Positions 16,901 through 30,759 of a DNA stretch of 64,000 nucleotides are shown piece after piece. The notes under the pieces are model-generated. The model searched no databases, was not told the DNA's origin, and was given only the letters and a program-made list of their open reading frames with translations. Every line of letters starts with the position of its first letter. The stretch's first letter is position 1. The stretch comes from Paragordius varius. Taxonomy: Eukaryota > Animalia > Nematomorpha. The stretch spans positions 4,340,001-4,404,000 of the forward strand of contig OZ176054.1 of assembly GCA_964247055.1 (NCBI GenBank). The letters are read 5' to 3'. The position numbers and the translations under genes were made by a program.

Positions 16901-19900
16901 TCGGCAATATTTTTGTAGAATTATAACTTTAAAACAAATAAAATTCTTTTAATACTGCATTTCCTTTGTTTTATAAATAATTTTTGTTGCATACATGCTT
17001 TCCATAACGCTTTCACATTCGAAACAAAGTTTCGTTTTTTATCTAAAAGTTTGTTTTCAAAATCATTGATAGTTTTAGCTTTACGGACAAATATCTGAGT
17101 TTATATGACATATTTACTTTTGTCTTTCCATACTTATAATCCTCTCCAAATTTCAAACCAAATTCTTCACATATTATGGTAACTGCATTTTTAATTTCCA
17201 AATGTTCATATTTCGGAAACGTTTTATTATTCAAAAAATAATATCGCTTAAGAAATATATTATATGGGCGTCGAAACGCATAGCCTGACTTGCAAACACT
17301 CAAGCTTTCCATCAACCCAAGATATTTGATCTAATTATATTATATGCACAAATTTTCAAAATATTTTATTTAAGGGAAGGAAGGGGGGAGGGAGGGGAGT
17401 GTTGAATGATGCTTATTTGCGGTAACACTAAATTATATTTATAATATCAAATTATATGAGGCTTGGAAATATAATAAATGTTATAATTTATACATGGTAT
17501 TTTAATCAAAGGATTTGATTCAACGACTTAAAACATAAAGGTCAAAATGGCACTAATATATGCTGTATTTTGCTTTCTATACAGATAATACTAAAAATGT
17601 TTAGCCATATATTGCGTTTATATTATCCGGTTAACTTCATAAGTATTTGCAAGTGTTTTAATTTCGGACTGATTGTCATTTAAAAAGCTAAATTTTACAA
17701 TATTTATCCGAAATCGGAAATATTTTTGACATACTTATAAGAATAGCGCTAACATTTAAACCTGATTTTTAATCATAGTATCATCAAATATTTTGGGAGC
17801 TTTTTGATCGTTTGGCTTTATGCATCGAATGTAATGAAGATCGTCTTCATTCAAAACTTCAATTAATTTGGTTAGGCTTGTTTTGAATTGCGTAGCTTCC
17901 GTATCCGGTCGCTTTTTAACATCCAAATCAGCCTCAGTAAAACAAACGTTTAAAATTAGGTGTTGCGTTGACATCATGGTTTCCTTCATGTTTCTAGTAT
18001 CAATGTTTAATTCTGTTTACTGAAAGATATATTTTTACAGAAAAAGGCTTAATTTTACAGTCAAAATGAAATTATACGGAATGTTTAAATTTTTATCAAT
18101 AGATCCGAAATTTTTATCGTTTTTATAAAAAAATTGGTGGTTATAATCCTTATGCGTTGATAATAATTAGCTTTAATAAAATTTAGTTAAAAACTAAACT
18201 GAAAATAATATTTTTAAAACCTACTGAACCCCGTAAGGAATTCAATTTGTGCCCATTGTATGAAGAATTTGTCAAACATTTCCTAAAAATCTGTTTTGAA
18301 TTGTTAAAAACTCTGGTATACCTATGAATGGCGCCGTTAAAAGAAAAGGGATACGTTATTAATTGGAAACTGCGACGAAAATGTTTGGTTTCTGGCAAAA
18401 GTTTTGAGAATATGTTATATAGCGTAACAAAAATTTAAATCTTCCGAAGTACAAACTGTTTATAAATGATTAAATATTGTTTTTAATAATCCCTTTTAAT
18501 TATATTTTTAATTTTGCGATGGTGAAACGTTGTAAGTGTTTTCAATGCGTTAAAAATTTAAAAAAAATTTTTGATGAGTAGAATCATTTAATATTGCCTC
18601 TTTGCACAAACATAAAAACTTTTACAACTGTCTAATGATTATTCTATTATGGCGGCTATGATATTCAAAAAAGCGGGTTGAAAAATATCAAAACAAATAA
18701 TAAATAATACGATAAATTTGAATAAAGATACAGTAAAATTATTATAATGTAAACCAATAAATAATAATAAAGCAAGTGATTTTAATCACAAGTATAGCTT
18801 AATTTATTTCAAATATCTGTTACCTGTATAAGAGATCTTTGTTTTTCTCCAAAAAATTATTTATATTATAAATGACTGGCCCTGCAAAATGAGTAATTTG
18901 AAATTGATTGCGGTTCAAGCTTTTACGTAGTTTTGGATCTTTGGTCAATCTTTAAAAATAAATATTTGCAAATAACTTTTGAGTCGTAAAAAAATCGAAA
19001 TTTGTAAATTTTTCTTCCAATTTTTGAAGAAAAGTTGTATCCGTGCGATTTCCTGGCAAAATACCTAATGTAAAGTTTTAACAAACATTCTTCATCCAGG
19101 CATGAGATAACCCCATTTTTATCTTCAATAAACAGCAAGATTGGTTTATTATCAAAATAATCCACTTTTTCCCATTCTATACCTTCCCTAAACCAAAAAA
19201 TAACTTTAATATTACTTAAGCTTTGTAAACTTTATTAATTTTCAAATTAACGTCAAAATAACGGTCATCAATATCTTCACTATAATTAGCAAATATTATT
19301 AATAGGTACTTATTATTAGAAAACAGAATAGTTATCGCCGGTTCTGGTCACTCGTTTTACATAATAATTATAGAAAAAAGCGGTTGGACGGAATGGTTTC
19401 GGTTCCAAATAATTTTTTGCTAAAATTTTTTTTACCGGTTTTATTAATTTCGGGTCTGATGGTTTGGATTTAGGTTTTATTTTATTATTATTTAAGTCGT
19501 AAAAACATGTGTATATAAGCCACAAGTATTTTTACGCTATTTTTTATGGAAAATCTATAAAAATATATTTTTCCAAATCAAATAAAACGGAAATTAGTTT
19601 GAACTAATAAGTTAAAAATATTAAAAAGAAGGATTTTTTAAAAATAATTTTTTTAGAGCCGTAAAATTTTTTTGGCTAAATTTGAAGGTTGTGGATATAG
19701 TTTCGGTTACAAAAACGGTTTCGCCTCCAAACTTGGATTGTAAAATTGTTACAGATTATTTTACATTTATTTGCTACTATTGTGGAAAAATAACACGCAA
19801 ATAAAAAAAAATATGAGGCGGAATGTTAATACTTAAAGAATCAATTAATATACATATATAATTTTGTTTTGGGTCTAAAAAGTATAAATCAAACTTTTAA

Positions 19901-22769
19901 CTGCACCAATTATATGTTCAAAAAGATTAATTTCTATTGAATGCACAAAATTACCTAACATATTCCTCCTGTTCAAGTTTTAAGGTCCGTTCCACAAATA
20001 AATTATGTAATTTTTCATTACAATAATTTATACACAATTGCTCAAAGCTATTGTTCTCGAAAATTTCAAACCCGTATATGTCTAACAAACCTGACACACA
20101 AATATATAAAATTTTACCTATTTTACCGTAATAATTTGTCTTATCAGCACGCATTATATTATTGGTTCGATCAACTAACCAATTAAAGGTACGTGAAAAG
20201 ATGGCTTTAGCCATAGAATCTTTAACGAAAATAGACTCTGCTTGGGTTAAATCCTTAAAAACTGTTTCCTTTTCAGTCTATATAATAAATTATGATATAT
20301 TTCACTAACTTTGACCTCTTTGGTGCAAATGGCTTTGCGTAATTTATCTTCTGTACATTTCAAACATTCGCATATCCACTTTAAAATATCCTCACTTTGG
20401 ATTTTAGATTTCTTATTATCCGCCACTATTTTTAGTTCACCAATGTGCAAAATGCTAGCTACAATCCCAAACAGGTCTCTAATCTCTTCTTCATGGAATT
20501 CACAAATCTATAATGCAATGCTTTTGATATCAGTGGTGGTCACCGAAAAGTTTAAAGGGTCGCAAGTAATATTTATCTTGTCTCAAGAACCGTACTCCAT
20601 ATAATAAAAAAATTTCATAGGTGTTTGACAATACAAATATATATCAAAATAACTACATCTAAAAATTTAGTAATAATTCAGGGTATTAAAAAAGCACTTT
20701 AAGGGCCACAAGTGGCCCGTGGGCTGCGGTTTCAATACCACTGCTTTTAATTTTAAATTTGATTATCAAAGTAAGAGAGTTTACATAAACTTAACCATGA
20801 ATGTTGGGTGATGTTTGGTGTTAATTAAACTAATGGAAAATTTATAACTTGATAGTAAATTTTATTATTAAGTCCCGAAAAATAAAAATGGTTCGGAATG
20901 TTTCTTTAAATACTACTAAAAATTTGAATACTTAAAATAAAAGAGATATAAACCTTCTAAGAAAAATATTTAATTAATCAACTCAGACATTCCAGTGACA
21001 GTTTCCACCCCAGTACAATAATAAAATCGATTTTCACAGTACCTGCAATCCACTGCAAACGTCTTTGAATTCTTTTTCATCGTTAATTGCGGGAATTTTT
21101 GGGGAGTTGCCTTGATTGATGAAAAAATATTTGGTTGGATCTTTCGATAAATGAAAAGTTTCCAGCCATTTAGCTTCTCCAGTTAACAACTTTTATATAA
21201 TAAACAAAATATCCAACTTGATAAAATATATGGTAATTTCTTTCATTTTTGGCTTGGCTTATAGTTCTAGATTTTTCTAACAAATAATTTGTCACATTGG
21301 CCCCTATGATTGCTCCCATAGTGTTAAATTGGATCTCCATATACTTTCCAAATCTGCTTGAGTTATCATTTCTAATTGTTTTGGCATTGCCAAAGGCCTC
21401 CAAAATCGGAACAGAACTGTTTAATTGTTTCTGGTATGTAGAAAAATATTCATCATTAGGCTCTTGGTGCTAGGATTATAGTTGTATTTATGTCTAGACT
21501 TACTAAATTTTTTGCCAGTATTATAATTAAAAAAAATTATTAACTGAAACACGGTAACAGTCAAAAAAATATGGATTATAGTGTTATTATTACTGAGGAC
21601 TGATTTTTATTTTTAAAAATGTATTAAATATTCCACAAAACTTATCAAGTGCCATTCTGCTTTAACTATAATATAATAGTCTGAAATAATTTTAAAGGTT
21701 TTATTCCAATATACAAAAATGTAGATATTGGATAACCAAATATTACAACTATTGGGCACTAATTAATATTCGATTAAGCTTCACAGAAATAGTCCGATCA
21801 CTTGCAATTTTTGATTTAGCGCGTATAATCAAAAGGTGATCGTCAAACAAATTCGCCTGAATATACACGATAAATGGTAAAACTATGGAACTCTATTTAA
21901 AAATATTGCGATATCACACAATACTGATATTAATTTGTATAACTACAATAATTAACAAAAAAAATGCTTAAATGTGTTTTTCCCGTTGTTATGCAAATAA
22001 GGCTAGTTTCACACCACCGACTTTTGATATTGATTTTCTTATGTGCATAAAAAAATAATTGTGAATTGAAATATCAAAGGCTTTAGTACGCGATAAAATT
22101 ATATATTTCGTGACAAATTTTTTATCCCCCTCCTAATAATTTATGCCAGTGATCAAATTACATTAAAAACGATTGATTTAAAAAATTTAATGTTTGCGGA
22201 AAAAAACAAAATTTTAAATCAGTCATGGTGAAATGGAAACCTCCAAACCTAATCTAATTAAAGCCCTTAATTTATAATAGAGATGTATATTTCGGGTAAA
22301 TATATTTTTATTGCACTACCCTAATTCGTTCCAAATCCGTAGTTTGATAACTGGTGGATGATATGTACATGAGAATCTGTTTTAGACATTCAGTTTTTCC
22401 AGCGCCCGATTCACCAGAGATCAGGACGCTTTGACGGTTACACTCATTCATTAAGGCATTATAGGCTGCCTGTGACAAGGCAAAAATATGGGGTGGCAGT
22501 TCCAAAAGATTCGTATTTTTATATTTTTGCATCATTTTCTCGCTAAATTTTAAGAAAAAATAGATTTACCCATAGATACCAGGAATCCTACGAAACGGGT
22601 TAATAGCCAACAATATATATCCGATATTTGAGTATATGTTGTCATTATTAAAACGAATTTTTAAATTTTCCACAAATTTGGCCGCATTACAATCATCTAG
22701 CAATATGAAGTTGTCTATCCCCACTGTATTTAACAGAACATTGATGTCAATATCGTTATCAGTGGCCAT
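13913..22769 (-). CDS. MYO1: Class I myosin (Myo1C/Myo61F-like head and neck) with a long atypical charged tail
   Basis: The N-terminus is VGIDNFILL...FVENLKIRF...[12 protein letters not shown]. Motor motifs [37 protein letters not shown] and YIRCIKPND are present. The neck reads IRKFIKGFI...LPK...[10 protein letters not shown]. Tail exons splice in frame to TAA at 13915-13913. Confidence 0.9.
15753..16034. mobile_element. hAT-type MITE family B in a myosin intron
   Basis: TIRs are CAGGGGTGTCCAAC and GTTGGACACC. The 8-bp flanks ATTTATAT and ATCTATAT match at 7 of 8 positions (TSD). Confidence 0.8.
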
Positions 22770-23111
22770 TGTTAAAAGTTATTGTATAAAATTAGAACAG
22801 GGTTCTAAAATAGGTTTTTTATTTCAAATATTAAATTGACCGTCCCAATTTAATAAATATACTTTTTACGTATATTCCGAAAATACTTTAATTTGAAAAA
22901 TGTGAAGAAAGGGGGCAACTAGGATTCAACCTCGCGCCATATTCAATGAATGCTATAACTGTAGTGTATGTCATACTGCACTAATTTTGCAAATCTTATA
23001 TTTTTAATATTTTGGTTTATCTAAAGAGTTACATTAACTGCAAAATTATTATAGCAATTAATTTATTAATATAATTAGCAAATAGATATAAATAAAATAT
23101 TAATTATTGCA

Positions 23112-26100
23112 TCAGAATCTTTCAATGTTCATTTGTTTGATTAGTTGCTCCATTTTTTCTTGAATGCCTCTAATGCTTTTCAATTTTTCGGCCAAAATGA
23201 CTTGATTTCCGGATAATAATGTTTCCAGTTGTGGTTTATTTATAACCAATTCGTCTAAAACATTTTTTGATTGTTTCATCAACATTGGTAATTCGTTATT
23301 GATAATCTATTTAAAAAGAGTGAAAAATTATTATTGTTAATTACAATATAATTAGAACATATCAATTACTGGGACATTTAGATTCATTGTAAGCGTTATT
23401 ATATTAATCGGTAAACGTGACAACGTTAAAATTTGATATATTAAAATATGTTATTACAAGATATTCATAACAATTAATGAATTTAAAATGTATTATATTA
23501 GGTGTTATTCAAATCTTAACTAGTTTATAGTGTGGAGATAAATTTAACTAAAACTCCCATCGGAAAAACATTTTAGTTCTGTCTGAATCGGTCGTTAATG
23601 ATTTTATATTTTAATAAACTTATAACATAATATTTGGGCATATTTTTAATTTTTCTATTTCACATGATATTTGCTAAAAAAAAGTAAGGACTAATAATAA
23701 GGCAAAAACGAAGATAGTTATCCAACTAAAAATGTATTAATTTAGCTTTTTTATTATTTCGAAGAATTTTTATAAAGATATTTTATATGAATATTTTAAT
23801 TTAAACGGATCTTTATTTTTAAATTCCTTTGATAAAAAAACATATTATTATCTATATAAATTATTAATAAATAACGATAATTTAAAAGTTACACGTTTTA
23901 TCGGCAATACTTTAAAAAAACGATAATTTTATACGCTACCATAAAATTTGACACACACACACACACACACAGATATATATATATATATATATATAATAGA
24001 ATATAAAAAACAATTTTACTGCATTAAACCTTAAATATTCCTGAATAAAGCCTCTGATTTAATGTTATCTAAAATCTCATTGTGTATATTTTATGTGCGA
24101 AAAAAGCCTTAGCATAATAAAAGTAAAAAGATTAGTACTTGTTGCCTGAGAAAAGTAGAACTTGTCAATAGCACCTTTTGTAACTTCCAAAAATATATGA
24201 TATCTTGGCAAAAATTGTCATTATCTTGTAATTTATTGCTTTTATATAGGTAAAACATTTTGCTACATTGTGTCAGCTTTGTCAGAGATTCCTGGTAGAT
24301 TAAAGATCTAAAAAATAATATTAAATGGATGATATAAACTTATGCAAGGATTCTACAATTTGAAAATCGGCATTTGGCGTATAATCAAATTTGTTCCTTT
24401 TAGATATTTGTGCTACTAAAATATTCATTAAATTTTCAGTTGATATCTTTGCAAGATTTTGATATCCATAGGTTTGAACAAACGAATCCAATTCTTTTTG
24501 AAAGAGATTATAATGATCATCACGTATCTTGGTATCATTATCAGATTTACCGAACCATTTTGTCCATGATGTATTGGGTTTCTACATATAAAAATTTTGT
24601 TTACCATAGATTTCGACAAAATATCTTTAAGGGTTTGTTGCTTAAATCTTATTGCTTCATCCCATTGTGCTTTGGAAAGCATGGAATTGTCCAGATAATC
24701 ATTATGCTAATAAATTCATATATGGATAAAAATGAGTTGTATACTAATTAATTTTTTCTATAACCATATTATCACAATAATTTATTGAGAATATCATGAA
24801 AAATAAAATGATAACTAGCTATATTTTATGGTATAATAAATTGGCCAGGAAGGAGGAAGACATATATTTTTTTAAAATATAATTGCGTTTCAATTCGAAA
24901 TTAATATTTTAAATTAGTTTATCTAATAAAAAGCAATAATATTATTTCTTTGAATGTCATTATAATTTATCGTCTCAATTCTTATATAATTGGAAGAAAA
25001 CCCGAAATTTATATTAATATAAAAACGTTTAGATATAAATTTTAATTATCTATATATAAAAACAATAATGCAAAAAATTGGATTTTAAATTCAATTTTGC
25101 ATACATACTTTTTATTTTTATTTTATGCAACGTAATAACGAAAGAGTAATGCTAATGGTTTTTAAAAACACAGAGTGTTACATATACTCAACAGTAGTAG
25201 AAGTTTTTCAATATATAAATCCCGTTTTTAAGTAGATAAAATGTATTTATCATTTCAACCAAAAAATATATTTAGCTGTGAAACAAAATTAACCTGAATA
25301 ACAATTAAATCTTCAAGTGTTCGATTGGCCCATTGGTGATCGTTTACCAGTTTTTTATATATGTATTCACGTAATTTTAGTAATTGCGTATCGGGTTGTT
25401 CTAAAGACACACACATTTTAAATGATAAAAGCAAACCTAAGATCAAAAAATGTTTCAAGAAATCTCCGATAACGTGCCAAGAGGCGGATAAGCTTGAATT
25501 GGGAATATCAAAATCTAACAATTTTCTTAATTGCACATCCAATGATGAAGAATGTGCACTCATATTTTTAAGGTAATTCAAATAGGTGGTGTTTATAAAT
25601 TTTTCTTTAATTCCTTCCCACAATGCATTATATATTTTTATGTCCCATTCGGTGTCAGGTAATGTGTAAAGTTTTGAGATGTCATCAATTATGTATCCTA
25701 ATTATGTATCATACAATAAAAATTGAAATTAAATGTACATATAAAACGTAAAAAGAATAAAAGACAAATATTTTTTAAAAAAACAGCCATATTATTAATT
25801 CAATAATGTAACATCTGTTGTTTTAGGTTATAAAATAAACGATAGAGACGGAAATTGGTAACTCTACCAATCATATTATAAAATTTTAATTATATAGTTT
25901 ATGTAGAAAAATTTAAGGTTGAGAGTATGACTTTCTCTATACAAAAAATTAAATTTTAACGTTGTTTTATCTTGATAATTTAATCTTTTATTGTTGTACC
26001 TTTTGATTTCTCAAACAATTCCACTCTATCCATTTCCGGTGCTTTAGGATATTTATTTTTCCATTCCGTTTCCAGGTTAAAACGGAGCGCTTTAATTTCT

Positions 26101-29100
26101 TCGTAGGATTGTGAAATGGTGTTTCGAACCTTTAAAATTACAAAAATAAAATAAATTTCATTTACAAGATTCCAAAACAATTTGGATACAGCGGTACTCA
26201 TATTTTTCGTTGTAACTTGATCACGTTTAATATAATTGTGTTTTAGGAGTTGGGAGTTTGCAAAAAATTCTTCTTCATACTGTTTGATGTGGGGGATAGT
26301 GTCATTATTATTTCCTGTACCGGTTATGACGGCATAATATCCTACATTATGTAATACAATATAGATGAAATAACAAGAAGAGAGTTGCAATGAAATTTGC
26401 AAATTTACAAGCACAACTAAAATAAAACTTGAATTCAATATCAACAAGTTGCTTTTTTGCATCGAAAATCGGTTCGCGATAAACAAAGATAAAATTTTAA
26501 AAAAATAATGTGAATATATCTCTGAAAATAAAAACACTATCCATATATAGTTGCTTTACAGATCTAATATTTACAATAAGGTTGTAAACATAATAAAATC
26601 AATAATAGAACACCAGCAAAACTAAAAATACAAAATACTCATTTGTTAAATAGCCAGGATTGGAACCGGAGCCCAAATTTGTCAGGTGTTAAAAAAATTA
26701 TTATCTAAAAAATCGGCTAAGATTTTATGCCGTTCCTAAACCGTATCAAACGGATTCGAAAAAACTGATGTTGTAGCTAGAAGCACAAATTGTAATGTAA
26801 AATGATTAAAATAATTTATTTTTATAGTTACATAATTTTTGTAAAAACAGATAAAACATATTTGATCCAATAAGAGCGCATCGCAAGCTTAATTTGGTGC
26901 GATTTGAAAAATTAGCGCATCAATATCTTAAATTAATTGAATATAAAAAATAATCAACAAAAATTTATTTACATATATAAATCAAAAACTTTGTTTAATG
27001 TTGAAAAATCACGTGAAATGCAATTAATTTAGTTTTTCTAGATATCATAAAATATTAATTTTGATTTCCATGCGCCCTTTTTGAGATTAGTAAAATAATA
27101 TGATATCAATTAATTTTGGTCAAAACCTATTTAATATAAAACTTTACTTAATAAAAGTACTAATTGATAAACTAAACCAGTAAAAACAAATAAATCATTG
27201 TTGTTGATATCCAAATGAAAAGAAATGTATATATTTAAAAAATTAGAACAGCTATTCGTAATTTTCCGTATAATACATACAAGAGAATTCAAAAATGTGG
27301 AGTTGATATTGGCTCGATATGGTAACAATGAGTTGAAAAGTTAGAAAAATACCAAAGGTTTAAAAATTGATATAAATATATACCCAGAGCTCGCATCGGA
27401 AATATCTTGCCTTCCATAATTTTTTTAAGCTTTTCCAAATTAAATGATTGTTTTTCAGCCAAATCAATTTTGGTAAGAACAAAAATTGTTCTTTTACCCA
27501 TGGGGTCGATTGAACTGACCAGATCGGTTACATTGCTTCGTTCAGCATCAATCGAGCCATCCTAAAACATCATCAAAACTAAATTATCTCGCATAATCCA
27601 ATAATCGCATATTTTTTTTAAAATAATAGTCACGGCACAAAAATATTTGGGGGCCTCAAAAATTTTAACAACTCCAATTTCGATAATTTATATGAGAAAC
27701 ATTTATTTTAACAAAAAAATGCCTATTTTTTACTCACCTGTACACAAAGTATGATGGAATTTGATTGAACCAAATAACGCCTTATGAGATTAATGATGGC
27801 TTCTTTAGTATTTGGATTCATTTCAGTTGTAACAGTAGATATTATACCTAATAACATTATATAATTTAATTTTATAAAAAAAACGTTCTAAACCACTAAT
27901 ATTTTTTTATATGGAGAACAATATATTTTATTCCTGATATAAAACATAAATGATTATATTTGTGAAATATGTATTTAAGTATTTTACAAAGTTAACCCTA
28001 AACGATAGCTTATATTAATCAAGGTGAAAAAAATATGGTTGTCCTAATAAAAAATAATAATTTTTCACGTTTTGTCTTCAGAATTTTAATCATCCCAAAT
28101 GAAAAAAGTAAAAATCTACCGGGTAAATCTATCAAAATCATTTTGGGTATATTAGGACCCTTCACTGTTAAAGATACGACATTGCTAGATATTGTTGCAG
28201 AATTTTGCGGTTTCATGCGCTTCATAACTTCGGCTCGCAAATCTTTTAAATCGGATTCAAGGTTGAGATCATATTCCCTTTTGTTGTCTATAATACAAAT
28301 AAATAATGTATTTGGCTAATAAAAAGTGAAAATTATATGTTAGAATGCGTATGGATCTCCAGATGAGCGAGAAGAATCTCTTCTTAAATGCAAAATATAA
28401 TAACAATTGCAAAAAAACATTCATAATATAGTAAGTGCCGACTTAATTTGTTCAATATAAATTATATAACTATTTTAATCAAATTAAAATTCATTTATAC
28501 ATCAATATTCAGGCCCGTTGCCATATATAATTATCATATGAAACTAAATTAAAATAAATAAAATTCATAATATCAATTTTTAACAGAAAATACAAAACCA
28601 TTAAAATAAGCCACAAAGTAAGGCCCGTTAGTGAGCGTGACTTTAACGGGAGAACGGGTCATCATTTCACCGGAGGCGCGTGGAAATATGCGATGTTGAG
28701 CAATCATTTCAAGTACACTTGTTTTACCTGAACTTTGATCGCCAACAACTACAACTCTAAATTGTGAAAGAAAAATAAAACTTTGGTAAGATATCATCGG
28801 ATTTATTAAGGGATTCCAAATCATCAAGTAATTGGGAATAAAGGTCCACAACCGATAACTTTTCATTTTTCCGGTTAAAATGTTTTAAAGAATTTCGTAA
28901 CAATTCATTTTCTTTTAGTAATTGTGCAATTTTTTCCTCATATTCTTGACTTTTAAAACTTTTATCATCAACGAGGGAGTTGGTTGGAATATAAACAGCT
29001 ATAAATAAATATGTTGGATTACCTGAAAAGTCATCTTCAAAAATTTCACTTAATTTGGCATTAAAAATCAAAGAATAATTGTAATAGAGCGATTTTAACT

Positions 29101-29299
29101 CCATGTTTTTAAATAGAAGTAGTTTATCTTTTACCGAAGATTTGACATTTGATATAGCATTTTCAAATGTAGAAACATATTCATTGACAGTTTTTAATCC
29201 GTCAGTGCCTTTTTCATAAGTTTTATATCCTACATAACCAATTAAAGTCGTGTATATGTATCCCCGGTATTTAAAAATCGCAAATATTTTTCGATACAT
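23112..29299 (-). CDS. OPA1: Dynamin-like mitochondrial inner-membrane fusion GTPase OPA1
   Basis: G1 region [42 protein letters not shown]3 DLPG and G4 VLTKIDLAE. The middle domain includes [24 protein letters not shown]...VSKLFW. The GED C-terminus ...[23 protein letters not shown]...RF ends at TGA 23114-23112. Confidence 0.95.
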
Positions 29300-29599
29300 T
29301 AAACATATGTAAAACGCACTGATTCACTGATCAATAGATTGAGAATTTTATGTTATTTTATATATAGGTAAAGTTTCATAATTAGCCATAATAAACAAAA
29401 TTGAGACAATTTCAATCTCAAGGCAATTTAAAAAAATAACTTATATATTTATGAAATCGATCATTTCATGGCATTTTAGGCGCATTATCCAATTTTAAAA
29501 AATCGTAAAAAATTTAAACCTTATTATATTTTTTGAGATGCGAAAACCTTAATGGCACAGCAGGCAAATATTAAGATGTATATATATTGTAGATAACGC

Positions 29600-30759
29600 A
29601 GGCTTCACAAATAAATTTGATAAAAGATGTATCAGGATTATAATTGTGCTTTTGATTTTGGTTCTTACGAGTGTTTGAAAAAGGTTTACACTTTTGTAGC
29701 ATGTGCTTCATATCAGAAAATGGCAAAATTTGCTCACAATATAATTTTTTTGGCTAAATGACTCAATCCAAAAAATATAAGTAATATCATAACATAAACT
29801 ATATATAAAAAACACGTTAACTATAATCTAGGCTTTGAACCCATTTTTAGCTCTTATAAGCTAATTCTATTAAGATAAAAGCAAAAATGCCGAGATTACG
29901 CGATATAAAAGTTTAATTATACTACTTTTTGGTATCAACTAAAAATATTTTTTTAAGATGCTTACTTTTTAGTGAAATTTGTAAAGCGCACTTCTAGTGA
30001 GGCATAATGAAAATGGAATACAAACGCTTTAAGGTACAATAAAAACTCTTTTTCTATATAATTGATGATACTAAACATTTCTAATACCTCAAAAATTTGA
30101 TTTAAATCTTCCTCTTTAAATTTATGTTTAATACGGAATGTAATTTTTACAAAAATTTACCAAAATCTGAAAGTAAACCTCTAATTAAAATTCTAAAGCG
30201 ATAAGGTTCAGCATCATCGAATACATAGAAAATTTTTTATGATATCTTAAAGCGTTTTTATCGTTTCCATCATAAAGTAGTGTGAAGTCGCTTCAAAAAA
30301 ATTGATAAAAATTAAATTTTAAAATATGCTTTTAAAAAATATTTTCAATCGATGTCAAAAATTAGTATATATTAAGTTATCGCATAATCTCGGCATTTAT
30401 TTGTTTCTTAAAGTACTAGCCTAGTTTTGAATAGCAAAAAGTTTAGGACCTTGGGAACCCTAATCTAAAATTAATTTTTATATGTAGTTTGTCTATTTTA
30501 GTGATATTTTTGAAATAAAGCATTTAGCTTTCACAAAAAAATATATACAAAAAAATGTGTGCAAATTTTGTCATTATCTGATATGGAGCACTTGCAACAA
30601 AAATGTAAACTTTCTTAAATCAATCGTATTAGCCAGAGCCAAAAGCACCATGATAATCCTTATACATTTACTTATTACAATATATATTTATATTATATAT
30701 ATATATATATATATATATCACCAGGTTATTTTTTATACCCCCCGATTTTGGACGCAGTG
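29600..30759. mobile_element. Palindromic MITE family A copy
   Basis: The right end ...GGGGGGATTTTGGACGCAGTG|TA-like terminus is the reverse complement of the left end of the 55296 copy, and the internal arms match 1670-2753. The left boundary is approximate. A more decayed central fragment follows at about 30860-31500. Confidence 0.8.

Noticed and set aside
20200-20290. Myosin I TEDS-site anomaly
   Set aside because: The residue 16 positions before the DSMAK motif is Glu, the normal constitutive metazoan state.
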